From assembly GCA_938083135.1 (NCBI GenBank), contig CALLKY010000002.1:16097-80096 (forward strand): DNA of 64,000 nucleotides, in the 5' to 3' direction. The stretch comes from an uncultured Alphaproteobacteria bacterium. GTDB taxonomy: Bacteria > Pseudomonadota > Alphaproteobacteria > Bin95. Under the pieces are notes generated by a model. It ran no database searches. It saw only the letters and a list, made by a program, of their open reading frames with translations, and had not been told where the DNA came from. Within the stretch, counting starts at the first letter, position 1; every line of letters begins with the position of its first letter. Below are positions 47,560 through 57,100 of this stretch, one piece after another. Both the position numbers and the translations under genes were made by a program.

Positions 47560-49647
47560 ATGGTCGATCTCAATCTCAACAGCTTGCAGGTGAGTGAAGA
47601 CGGACGGATCAGCTTCTCTGGTCTGGGCTCCGGCATTGACTTTGAAGCTGCGGTTGATGGGATCATCGCCGCCAAGCGGGTGCCGATTGATCGGCTTGAA
47701 GCCAAGATTGAAACCAATCAATCCAAGCTGACAGCCCTGCAAACCGTTCGCTCGCTGACTGTTGGCCTGCAAGAATCCCTACAAAGCCTGCATGGCGCGG
47801 TATCCTTCGACCAATCAACAGACCTGTTTGCTGCCAAGCAAGCTTTCGCCAGCGCCAGCCGTGAAGATGGCGGTGGCGCGTCCAGCCCAGCCAACCTTAT
47901 GGGTGTCGCGGTAACGTCCAATGCAGCATCTGGCACGCACACGATTGAGCTCCTGCAGACGGCCCGCGCCCACCGGATCGGCAGCGCGTCATTCAATGGG
48001 CTCGACTCAGATATAGGTACGGCTCGAGGGCAGGCAGCGGAGAGCATTAGCGGTGATATCGAGATCGCGGGTGCCACCATCCCCGTGCTCGCGACAGATA
48101 CGCTGCCGGACCTGGTTGACCGTATCAACAATGCCAATTCTGGTGATGATGCTACAGGCGTTTCAGCAAGCATTGTCTCTACGTCAGAAACAGAACACTT
48201 CCTGGTGCTAACGGCGGATGAAACCGGCCAAACCATTGGCACGGATATCGCCCTGAACGATCCGAATAGCATCCTGGAAGATTTGGGCGTTCTAACATCA
48301 GGCGGTGCCAGCTTTGCGAACGAATTACAATCGGCGCAAAAAGCGAGATTTCATGCCGATGGTTTGCTCGATGGAGCCAATTATTCCAGTGTTGCGCAGG
48401 CAGACTCAGTTACCGCACTTGGAGAAGCTGGAACGCTGACGTTCAATGATACATCCGGTGCGTTGATCGGCACATTGGTGTATTCGGCAACGGATACGAT
48501 GGACGATATCGCAGCCGCGATTGCAGGGGACGGCACATTGTCCGCCGCTGGTATTTCGGCCAGCGTAAGTGCTGATGGCACCGGGTCTACCTTGCAGATA
48601 TCTGGCAGTTCATCCTTCAATATTGAAGATTCAAGTGGCCTGATCAGCGCATTGGGGGTTGCTAAAGACGACCTTGTTATTGAGCGGTCCAGCAACACGG
48701 TTTCTGACCTGTTTGATGGTGTCACGCTGACATTATTCCAGGCTGAAGTCGGCACGACGATTTCGGTTGATGTGGAGCGTGACCTTTCCAACGTGAAAAC
48801 CGGCATCGCCAATTTTATCACAAGCTATAACGAGCTTCGCCAGGAGCTGAACTTCCAACTGAATGTAGACCCTACTTCGGGTGCGCCGGATGAAGACGCG
48901 GTGTTGTTCGGCAATTCGGCGCTGGAAGAAATGGACCGGCGGTTGGAGGCGATTGTTGGCGGCGGTGCGGATGGCGTGAGCAGCGCGTTCTCTGTACTTG
49001 CGCAGATCGGCATTGACTTCATTGCGAATGGTGACCTTGAAGACCCAACATTGCGGGATACGTTGGAGCTGAACGAAGAACAGCTTGATGAGGCGCTGCT
49101 AAACAACTTGGATGATGTGCAGAAGCTATTCCAGTTTGATTTCGCAGCCTCCGACCCACGGGTGGTCTTGCTCGGGTTTGATGGGAATTCAACCCATTCC
49201 GCCGCAGGGTACACGATGGATATCGATTACGACGAAGGCGGCGGGGCCATCAATTCACTGACAATGAGCGATGGCGCCGCTACTGCCGACGGGAACACAA
49301 TCACCATAGACAGCGGCGGTGCTAAGGGGCTGCGCCTGTTCTATTCCGGAGATACGGACCTAAGCGGCGTGACGCTGGACTTTACGGTTGGTGTCGGCGC
49401 GAAACTGTTTTTCGATATTGGTGAAATCCTGGAAGCCGATGGCGGTGTAATCGCCAGTGAGGCGGACAGCCTGACTGGCCAGAATGAGCTCGCAGAAGAG
49501 CGCACCGTATCCATGCTGGATCGTTTGGAGCGCGAACGTGAAAGTGTGCTCAACAAATTCATTCGCATGGAGGCCGCATTGGCATCCATGAACCAGACAT
49601 TGGCGCAGGTCCGGCAAATCACTGAAGCCATGTTCCAGGATCGTTAA
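47560..49647 (+). CDS. fliD: Flagellar filament cap protein FliD (hook-associated protein 2)
   Basis: N-terminal ISFSGLGSGIDFEAAVDGIIAAKRVPIDRLEAKIETNQSKLTAL and C-terminal coiled coil ...LDRLERERESVLNKFIRMEAALASMNQT. 695 aa. Confidence 0.8.
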   Translation: MVDLNLNSLQVSEDGRISFSGLGSGIDFEAAVDGIIAAKRVPIDRLEAKIETNQSKLTALQTVRSLTVGLQESLQSLHGAVSFDQSTDLFAAKQAFASASREDGGGASSPANLMGVAVTSNAASGTHTIELLQTARAHRIGSASFNGLDSDIGTARGQAAESISGDIEIAGATIPVLATDTLPDLVDRINNANSGDDATGVSASIVSTSETEHFLVLTADETGQTIGTDIALNDPNSILEDLGVLTSGGASFANELQSAQKARFHADGLLDGANYSSVAQADSVTALGEAGTLTFNDTSGALIGTLVYSATDTMDDIAAAIAGDGTLSAAGISASVSADGTGSTLQISGSSSFNIEDSSGLISALGVAKDDLVIERSSNTVSDLFDGVTLTLFQAEVGTTISVDVERDLSNVKTGIANFITSYNELRQELNFQLNVDPTSGAPDEDAVLFGNSALEEMDRRLEAIVGGGADGVSSAFSVLAQIGIDFIANGDLEDPTLRDTLELNEEQLDEALLNNLDDVQKLFQFDFAASDPRVVLLGFDGNSTHSAAGYTMDIDYDEGGGAINSLTMSDGAATADGNTITIDSGGAKGLRLFYSGDTDLSGVTLDFTVGVGAKLFFDIGEILEADGGVIASEADSLTGQNELAEERTVSMLDRLERERESVLNKFIRMEAALASMNQTLAQVRQITEAMFQDR

Positions 49648-49692
49648 CCACTTACGCCTAAAGTACTGTTTCCGAAGGCAGAAAGCATCGCA

Positions 49693-50202
49693 ATGCAACG
49701 TTCCGCGGCGGACGTATACAAAACCCAGTCGATCATGACAGCGCCCCCGGCTAAGTTGGTGGCGATGTGCTATGATCGGGCAATCATGGCGTTGCGTGAT
49801 ACGATGCGTGCGATTGATGCCAAAGATATTCAGGGTCGCTTCAATCACTCGACCCGGGCCGCGAACATCATCGCGCACCTTTGGGGCACGCTTGATATGG
49901 AGCAGGGCGGTGAAGTTGCCAAAAACCTCAGTGAAATCTATCGATATGCGATGCGGCGTGTTCAGGACATCAATATGTCCAGCGACAAAGCGGCTGCTGA
50001 AGACGTAATTGCAGTGCTTGTCCCGTTGTCACGGTCATGGAACGAATTGGCGGACCGGGGCGAAGAAATGCCCATGGCAATGCCGAAAGCGCCGCCACCA
50101 CCACGCCGCCCACCGCCGCAACCGGTTTCGGGTGCGCCTGGCCCGTCAGGGCAACCAGGCAACGGTCCGCCACAAAGCAGCGGCATTTCGATTAGCGCCT
50201 GA
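49693..50202 (+). CDS. fliS: Flagellar export chaperone FliS with Pro-rich C-terminal tail
   Basis: FliS four-helix core (AYKTQ..., CYDRAIMAL, GGEVAKNLSEIYRY), then about 45 residues rich in P/G. Confidence 0.8.
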   Translation: MQRSAADVYKTQSIMTAPPAKLVAMCYDRAIMALRDTMRAIDAKDIQGRFNHSTRAANIIAHLWGTLDMEQGGEVAKNLSEIYRYAMRRVQDINMSSDKAAAEDVIAVLVPLSRSWNELADRGEEMPMAMPKAPPPPRRPPPQPVSGAPGPSGQPGNGPPQSSGISISA

Positions 50203-50304
50203 TCGCTGTCTATCCTCTTTATCGATAGCCCTAAACACGCCAAGATCACCCAGATTTTGCGCGTCTGCTGATTCGCGGCTGGCCGCTTTTATGGCGAAAG
50301 GTGC

Positions 50305-50739
50305 TTGGCGACGATGCCAGACGTTGGTTTTCGAAAATGGCTTGATCTGACCTATGATGAGATGACGGATGACTATGCCGTCGTTTCAATTGATTTAGAC
50401 GGCGATAAGGTAAATGTGCGTGGCGTGGGCCATGGCGGTGTCGTTGCATCCCTGATTGATATCGCGATGGGTACGGCAGCAGGCGGTGGGAATTACGACA
50501 CGCGCAAACGCTTGGTTGCGACCCAAGAACTCAAAGTGAATTACCTCGCACCAGCCAAGGGTGCCCGCCTAACGGCACGCGCGGATATCGTCCGTGCGGG
50601 GGGCAGGGCCATTGTCGTGCGTTGTGATGTGACTACGGATCTGGGCGTGCTTTGCGCGACAGCACTTGGCACTTTCATGACCCGCCGTGTTGCATCTGGA
50701 GACCCGGCGCGGTTCCAGCCAGGGGCTGATGATGCATAG
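50305..50739 (+). CDS. PaaI-family hotdog-fold thioesterase
   Basis: HGGVVASLIDIAMG motif typical of PaaI/4HBT thioesterases. Confidence 0.8.
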   Translation: MATMPDVGFRKWLDLTYDEMTDDYAVVSIDLDGDKVNVRGVGHGGVVASLIDIAMGTAAGGGNYDTRKRLVATQELKVNYLAPAKGARLTARADIVRAGGRAIVVRCDVTTDLGVLCATALGTFMTRRVASGDPARFQPGADDA

Positions 50740-50780
50740 AGCGCCGTGTGTCGCTTGCGATGCAGCCCGGCGCTCTATCA

Positions 50781-50828
50781 CATTGATTGCGGGCAATTTA
50801 TCCCGACTAATCTGATTCAGATTGGTCG
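50781..50828. terminator. 48-nt near-perfect palindrome between convergent genes (putative bidirectional terminator or protein-binding site)
   Basis: GGGCAATT-TA-TCCCGAC-T-AATCTGA-T-TCAGATT-G-GTCGGGA-AATTGCCC. The 31-nt core has a single mismatch. Confidence 0.45.
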
Positions 50829-50837
50829 GGAATTGCC

Positions 50838-51761
50838 CTAACCCTTCAGCAGCAATAGCAGGATACCGGCGACGATCAGAACGATGCCAAATATCTCGCC
50901 CCTGGTCGATTTCTCATGGAAAAACATGACAGAGGCGATGAAGGTAAACACAAGCTCGATCTGACCCAACGCGCGGACATACGCAACGTTCTGGATCGTC
51001 ATGGCGGTAAACCAACCAACGGAACCAAGGGCCCCCGCAGCACCAACGATGCTCGCAACCCGCCAGGCTTTGATGATCTTGGTGAGCTGGCCGGGCTCCC
51101 TGATCCTGATGTAGATTAACATGGCTAGGGTCTGCATGCCTGTTGCCCAAACAAGCGTATAGCCAGCGTTAATCAGGAACAGGTTGCCTGCCGCATCCGG
51201 ATCCCCCAGCGCATGGGAGCCCCCGCGATAGGCGACAGCAGATATTCCAAACAGCGCGCCAGACGCCAAGCCAATAAGGGTGGTTCTTTCAAAGAGTGCA
51301 GCCATAAGATTGCTTAGGCCATTGCCGCTCTTCGCCAAACTAATGGCCATCACGCCCACTAAACTGATGAGAATGGCGAAAATGGCTGGCCAGGTTAGTG
51401 AATCACCAAGGAATACAGCGCCAAATATGGCCGCTTGCACGGTTTCTGTCTTGGAATAGGCGGTGCCGACAGCAAAATTTCTAAAGCCGAAAAGATAAAC
51501 TAATAGCGCCGTCGCACCAATTTGACTGGCACCACCAAGGGCGGTCCATGCAAAGAATTCTGCGTTGACGGACGGTAGGCTAAACCCAAATCCGTACATC
51601 AGCACCAAGCAATAGGCGAGCGCTACGGGAAAGCCGTAGCCGAACCGGGCAAACGTGGCACCTGCTGTCGATAGCCGGCCCTTAAGATGTTTTTGCAATG
51701 CCGACCGCAGGTTCTGCAAAAACGCAGCAGCGATCGTGATGGGAATCCAAAGTTCAAACAT
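50838..51761 (-). CDS. EamA/DMT-family transporter
   Basis: 307 aa with 10 TM segments and two EamA repeats. Confidence 0.8.
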   Translation of the reverse strand: MFELWIPITIAAAFLQNLRSALQKHLKGRLSTAGATFARFGYGFPVALAYCLVLMYGFGFSLPSVNAEFFAWTALGGASQIGATALLVYLFGFRNFAVGTAYSKTETVQAAIFGAVFLGDSLTWPAIFAILISLVGVMAISLAKSGNGLSNLMAALFERTTLIGLASGALFGISAVAYRGGSHALGDPDAAGNLFLINAGYTLVWATGMQTLAMLIYIRIREPGQLTKIIKAWRVASIVGAAGALGSVGWFTAMTIQNVAYVRALGQIELVFTFIASVMFFHEKSTRGEIFGIVLIVAGILLLLLKG

Positions 51762-51785
51762 GCTGATTTCAATACGCTAGCTGGT

Positions 51786-51826
51786 AAACGAAACACCCCC
51801 TCGCACCGGGAAGGTTGCGAGGGGGG
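51786..51826 (-). terminator. Rho-independent terminator of the thiolase/DUF35 operon
   Basis: On the minus strand: 10-bp GC stem CCCCCTCGCA/TGCGAGGGGG with a 10-nt loop, followed by a T-rich run (TGTTTCGTTT). Confidence 0.55.
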
Positions 51827-51846
51827 AATCGAATGAGAGCAGGTGT

Positions 51847-52989
51847 TTACTGCTCCTGGTTCGTGAAGACCACTGTGCCGGACGCAGCGAACATGCCGCC
51901 AACGCCATGGCAGAAGCTGATCTGCGCATCGGGCACCTGGGCCGGAGAGACACCGCGCATCTGGCGAATGCTTTCCTGCAAGGCGTACATGCCATACATG
52001 CCAGAATGCATGTAGGAGAGACCGCCGCCATTGGTGTTCATTGGCAGCTTACCGCCAGGCGCTGTATTGCGCTCCCAAACGAAGTCCGCTGCTTCACCAC
52101 GCTTACAGAAGCCCAGATCTTCCAGGCCGTAGAGCGGCAGATGCGCAAATGCGTCATAGATCATCAGATGATCGACTTCATCATGGCTGATGCCAGACGT
52201 CCGCCATGCTTCACCGCCTGAAAGCCGGAAGGCTTGGGAGGACGTGAAATCTTTCATCTGCGAGACCATGGTGGTCTCTGCACCTTCGCCGGTACCGATG
52301 ATGTAGACGGGTTTCTGCTTCATATCCTTGGCACGATCGGCCTTTGACAGAATGATAGCGCCGCCGCCGTCCGTGACGAGGCAGCACATGAGCAGAGTGA
52401 ATGGCCACGCGATGGGGCGTGCGTTCAGAACGTCATCCACCGTGATCGGGTCACGCATGTAAGCCCGTGGGTGCATCGCAGCATATTCGCGCTGCACAAC
52501 GGCGACATTTGCCAGTTTCTCAATCGGAATGTCGTATGTTTTAAGATAACGCATCACTGGAATGGTGAACTGCGTTGGCGGGTTCATAACGCCGTATGGC
52601 AGCTGGAATTGGCCTTCAAGCATGCCCGCACCAATAGAACGTGGCGTCATGCCAACCTGGCTGCGACCACTTTCACCATGGGTGATCAGAATGTTCGTGG
52701 CGAGCCCCGCTTCAAGTGCAGCTACAGCATGACGTACGTGGATCATGAAGGAGCAGCCGCCAACGGACGTGCCGTCCACATAAGTCGGCTCTATGCCGAG
52801 ATAGTGCGCGAGCTCTGTCGGGACTTCTTTGGCCGTTGCGATGCCATCAATGTCAGACGGCTTCAAACCAGCGTCCGCCATTGCATTCAGCGCAGCGTCT
52901 GCATGAAGCATGATGTTTGAGATATGGGGCAATTTGCCCATTTCAGTCGATTCGGCTGCGCCGACGACTGCTACAGAACCTGATTTCAT
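51847..52989 (-). CDS. Thiolase-fold protein (SCP-x/non-specific lipid-transfer-protein-type thiolase)
   Basis: 380 aa. Thiolase-like N- and C-domains without a canonical N-terminal Cys-loop. Paired with the DUF35 protein. Confidence 0.8.
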   Translation of the reverse strand: MKSGSVAVVGAAESTEMGKLPHISNIMLHADAALNAMADAGLKPSDIDGIATAKEVPTELAHYLGIEPTYVDGTSVGGCSFMIHVRHAVAALEAGLATNILITHGESGRSQVGMTPRSIGAGMLEGQFQLPYGVMNPPTQFTIPVMRYLKTYDIPIEKLANVAVVQREYAAMHPRAYMRDPITVDDVLNARPIAWPFTLLMCCLVTDGGGAIILSKADRAKDMKQKPVYIIGTGEGAETTMVSQMKDFTSSQAFRLSGGEAWRTSGISHDEVDHLMIYDAFAHLPLYGLEDLGFCKRGEAADFVWERNTAPGGKLPMNTNGGGLSYMHSGMYGMYALQESIRQMRGVSPAQVPDAQISFCHGVGGMFAASGTVVFTNQEQ

Positions 52990-53003
52990 AGTTGTGTTCC
53001 CCC

Positions 53004-53426
53004 TCAGCCCTTCGCAGGCCGGAACATCGGCAGATCGATGTCGTCGGTCAGAGTTTCAAAGCAGACTTCCAGCGGCATATCGAGCTGGAGGGCTTCCGGC
53101 GTTTGTTCGCACTCCATAATGTTGGCCATCAGGCGCGGGCCTTCTTCAAGTTCAACAACCGCGATCGCATAAGGCGGCTCGAGCTTGAAATTTGGCGGGG
53201 CGCGGTGGTTGATCACGTAGCTATACAAAATGCCTTTGCCGGACGCCTTGAACGTCTCAACATTGCGGCTGCCGGTGTAGGGGCTGAATGGACGGGGTGG
53301 GAAGTATGCTTTGCCCGTATCCTTGCAGCGCTGCAGGATCAGTTCGCCATTCTTGCACCCGTCCCAGAAGTGCTGGGTCTCCGGTGTCGGTTGCGGCACA
53401 GGCCGTTGTGGTTTCGCGTCGGACAA
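53004..53426 (-). CDS. Zn-ribbon/OB-fold (DUF35) protein partner of SCP-x thiolase
   Basis: 140 aa. CxxC...C zinc-ribbon-like segment plus an OB-fold. Typical thiolase-DUF35 gene pair. Confidence 0.8.
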   Translation of the reverse strand: MSDAKPQRPVPQPTPETQHFWDGCKNGELILQRCKDTGKAYFPPRPFSPYTGSRNVETFKASGKGILYSYVINHRAPPNFKLEPPYAIAVVELEEGPRLMANIMECEQTPEALQLDMPLEVCFETLTDDIDLPMFRPAKG

Positions 53427-53520
53427 AATCGCCCCTCCTTTAGCTTTGGTCTAGGTATGAGAGGTCGAAAGCGTAACCAAGTTTTCCGGCCTTGAACATG
53501 GGGGCAATTCAGCAGGTTGC

Positions 53521-53558
53521 CGCAAACGAGAAAGGGCCGCTCCCGTTTCTGGAAGCGG
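53521..53558 (-). terminator. Rho-independent terminator downstream of phasin gene
   Basis: On the minus strand: GGGCCGCTTCC-AGAAACG-GGAGCGGCCC hairpin, followed by TTTCTCGTTTG. Confidence 0.5.
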
Positions 53559-53600
53559 CCCTCGACCAAGTCTCGATACCGTCAGATGACGGCGCGTGCC

Positions 53601-54038
53601 TTACTTTGTCGCGAGAACGGATTTCGTCTCGTCGATGGAGGCGGTGAAACGTGCGTTGACGAGGCTAACGGCTTCGTCAGCGGTCTTTGCAGCCATGTCC
53701 ATCATTTCGCGGCCATTGTCGAACATGCTCGTGTAAGCAGTCTTCGCAAGGTCGGCCTGCTTAGCAACGCGCTCTTCCGGGGTGGCGGCGGCCAGATCGG
53801 TCATCGCCTTGGTTGCGGATTCCGCGGCTTCTTTAGCAACTTCAGCCTGGCGACGGGCGAGGGCGGTCATGCCTTCGTATGCGCTCTGACCAGCAGCGGT
53901 CATGGCTTCCATGTTCTTACGCTGGGTCGCCATGATGGCGTCCATGTCAAAGCCAGGTGCTTTGAACTGGTTGAAAGCTTTGAACATGTCGAAGTCAAAT
54001 GCTGGCTTCGGGATGGCTGTCTGTTTCGCTGCGCTCAT
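53601..54038 (-). CDS. Phasin-family PHA-granule-associated protein
   Basis: 146 aa Ala/Lys/Glu-rich helical protein (MSAAKQTAIPKP...). AGGAGA SD 7 nt upstream of the ATG at 54038. Confidence 0.75.
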   Translation of the reverse strand: MSAAKQTAIPKPAFDFDMFKAFNQFKAPGFDMDAIMATQRKNMEAMTAAGQSAYEGMTALARRQAEVAKEAAESATKAMTDLAAATPEERVAKQADLAKTAYTSMFDNGREMMDMAAKTADEAVSLVNARFTASIDETKSVLATK

Positions 54039-54187
54039 TGAATTTCTCCTTGCTAAAGCAGATGCCGGATGCCGTCGGCGACACGCCCCGGCTTTGTGCA
54101 CTGCAACATTGATGCACTGAATATGCGTACTCATTGGGCAGTGTCAAGGAAAATTGTGCGATGCAATATAAAAATATTGCGTCTGCG

Positions 54188-57100
54188 TCACGCGACGGCA
54201 AAATCATCCGCATCAAGTGTCGCCAGGGCAACGCCTGTCAGGGTCACTGTGCCACCACCGGTTAGATCGACAACTGTGTCATCGCCATCCGCCCGTGCGA
54301 GTGCGAGAACATCCGCACCCGAGGCGAAGCCAAACCCGAATGCCAGGAATATGTCCTCGTTGACAGTGAAGTCCGTGATTACGTCATCGCCTTGTAACGT
54401 GGCGAATTGGAATGTATCCGCACCTGCGCCGCCGGTTGCTTGGTCATTATCAGACTGGCCATAAATGAAATCATCGCCAGCACCACCAAGCATTATGTCG
54501 TTACCGCCGTTGCCGAAAATGCGGTCATCGCCATCATCACCGTCAATCTGATCATCCCCACTGCCGCCGATCAGTGTATCGCGCCTATCACCAATGCCGC
54601 CAATCAGAACGTCATCACCGTCACCACCATTCAATACGTCAGAACCAAACCCGCCGTCCAATGTATCGGCACCTTGCGAGCCGGTCAGAGTATTGGAGCC
54701 GAAATTGCCTGTGCCCGTCAGCCCACCGACAGTCAGGGTTAGATTGTCGACGCCGATTGCTATTTGATAACTGATGCTGGCAAGCGCCGTATCATCACCG
54801 CCATTTGATATCTCAATGATCTGATCGCTCACAGAATCGACGCGATACGTATCATCGCCAGCGCCGCCGATCATCAGATCATTCCCAAAGCCGCCATCCA
54901 ATAGATCATTACCATTGCCGCCAAACAGCGTGTCATTCCCTGACTGGCCGACGAGTTGATCATCACCATTGCCGCCGATGAGCACATCCTGATCGGCATT
55001 GCCAAACAGCCGATCATCGCCATCGCCGCCTTCGAGTTGATCATTGCCGCCGCCACCGATCAGGCGGTCGCGGTCATCGCCAGGGCCACCTTCCAGCAAA
55101 TCGTCGCCATCGCCCCCACGAACATCATCGCTACCGCCACGACCGCGCAAATTGTCGTCACCAGCAGAGCCATTCAGGCGGTTCGCACCATTATTGCCCG
55201 TGCCCTTAAGCCCGGGCGCGATCAATGTCAGAACTTCGAAACCGTCAGCCAGCGTAAAATCAACCAAGGCTTCAACGGTGTCCGTGCCTTCTCCTGCAGC
55301 TTCGAACAGGACGTCGCCTGCGTTATCCACGACGTAAACATCGTTTCCCGTTCCGCCGGTCATTATGTCCGCGCCAGCGCCACCGTCTAAGCGGTCATCG
55401 CCACCTAGACCAGACAGCGTTTGGGACCCGGCGGCACCTGTAATCAAGTTCGCAACCGCATTGCCCGTGCCTAACACGCCTTCGCCGCTGACCTCCAGAT
55501 TCTCAAAATTGTCGGCTAGCGTGTGGTCAGATGATGTTGCGACCGTGTCCGTGCCTTCGTCGGCGAGCTCAACTGCAGTATCGCCCACGTCATCGATAAT
55601 GTAGCGATCATCGCCCAACCCGCCCGTCAGCGTATCAGCACCAGCACCACCGTCGAGCACATCATCGCCCGCATTGCCGACAAGCTGGTTGGCACCTGCG
55701 TCGCCTGTGATTTGGTTTGCAAGCTCATTGCCGGTGCCGGTCAAATTATCGACAGCTTGGCCGTTCAGGGTCAGGTTTTCGACATTTGCACCAAGCGTGA
55801 AGCTGATGGATGCAGATACTGAATCTGTGCCTTCGCCCACGTTTTCAACTGCTGTATCGCCGATATTGTCTACGATGTAGGTGTCATCGCCTATACCGCC
55901 AGTCATGGCGTCAGCGCCTGCGCCGCCATTCAGGATGTCGTCGCCAGCTTCACCGCGTAGATCATCATCGCCGCCGGCGCCATTAAGGGTTTCCGCACCC
56001 GTGAAGCCGAAGATCACATTGGCGTCGTCATTGCCCGTTCCCGTCAGGCCTTCAGCCGAGAGCGTCAGTGCTTCGACATTGTCGCCAAGCGTAAAATCGA
56101 CCAGCGTTTCAACGGAATCGAAGCCTTCGCCTGCAAGTTCTGTAACTGTGTCGCCTACGTTATCAACCCCATAGGCGTCGTCGCCAATGCCACCTGACAT
56201 AGCGTCAGCGCCAGCACCGCCATTAAGGATTTCATTGCCACCAGCGCCGTTTAGCGTTTCGCTGCCGCCAGCGCCGGTAATCAAATTACCAAGTGCATTG
56301 CCAGTCCCCGTGAGGCCTTCGACAACAAGCGTGAGGTTTTCGATATTGTCGGTCAGTGTGAAATCAACAGACGCCTGGACTGCATCTGTACCCTCATCGA
56401 GAAGCTCAGTGGTCGTATCTCCAGCATTGTCGATGATATAGACGTCGTCTCCGCTACCGCCTGACATTGCGTCCGCGCCAGCGCCTCCATCCAAGGTGTC
56501 GTTGCCTGCACCACCGTTAAGGGTATCTGTGCCGTCGAGGCCAACAAGTTGGTCATCGCCAGCTTCGCCATTCAGTGTTTCTGCGCCAGTGTTACCCGTC
56601 AGGACGTTAGCAAGTTCATTGCCTGTACCGGTCAATCCCACAGCCAATGTCAGGTTCTCAACATTGCTTGTAAGGGTGAAATCGACCTCAGCCTCGACCC
56701 GGTCTGTGCCCTCGTTCAAAAGCTCACTAACGGCATCGCCGGAATCATCGACGAAATAGACATCATCACCTAGCCCGCCGGTGAGGGTATCAGCCCCAGT
56801 ACCGCCGAACAGCTGATCGGCCCCATCGCCGCCTTGCAGATCATCACTGCCGCCTAGGCCTTGGAGGATGTCATCGCCGCCCAGCCCTTGGATGACATCA
56901 TCAGCCCCGGACCCTGTAAGTGTCTCGCCGCCATTTGTCCCAACGATAGCGCCGCCTGAAGGGCGGATGAACTCTAGCGCCGCTGCAGCATCAATCAATC
57001 CGGCGCCAGTCGCAGCATCAATGCCGACATCGAAGCCCGCAGTGCGTGGGTCGTCCATATCAATCGCGGTTGCGGCGAGTGCTGCGTTGATTTCAGCCGG

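Noticed and set aside
50203-50304. TATCGATA palindrome with a flanking CTATC...GATAG repeat after fliS
   Set aside because: Short (5-8 bp) and AT/GC-mixed. It may occur by chance and has no accompanying U-tract or recognisable operator context.
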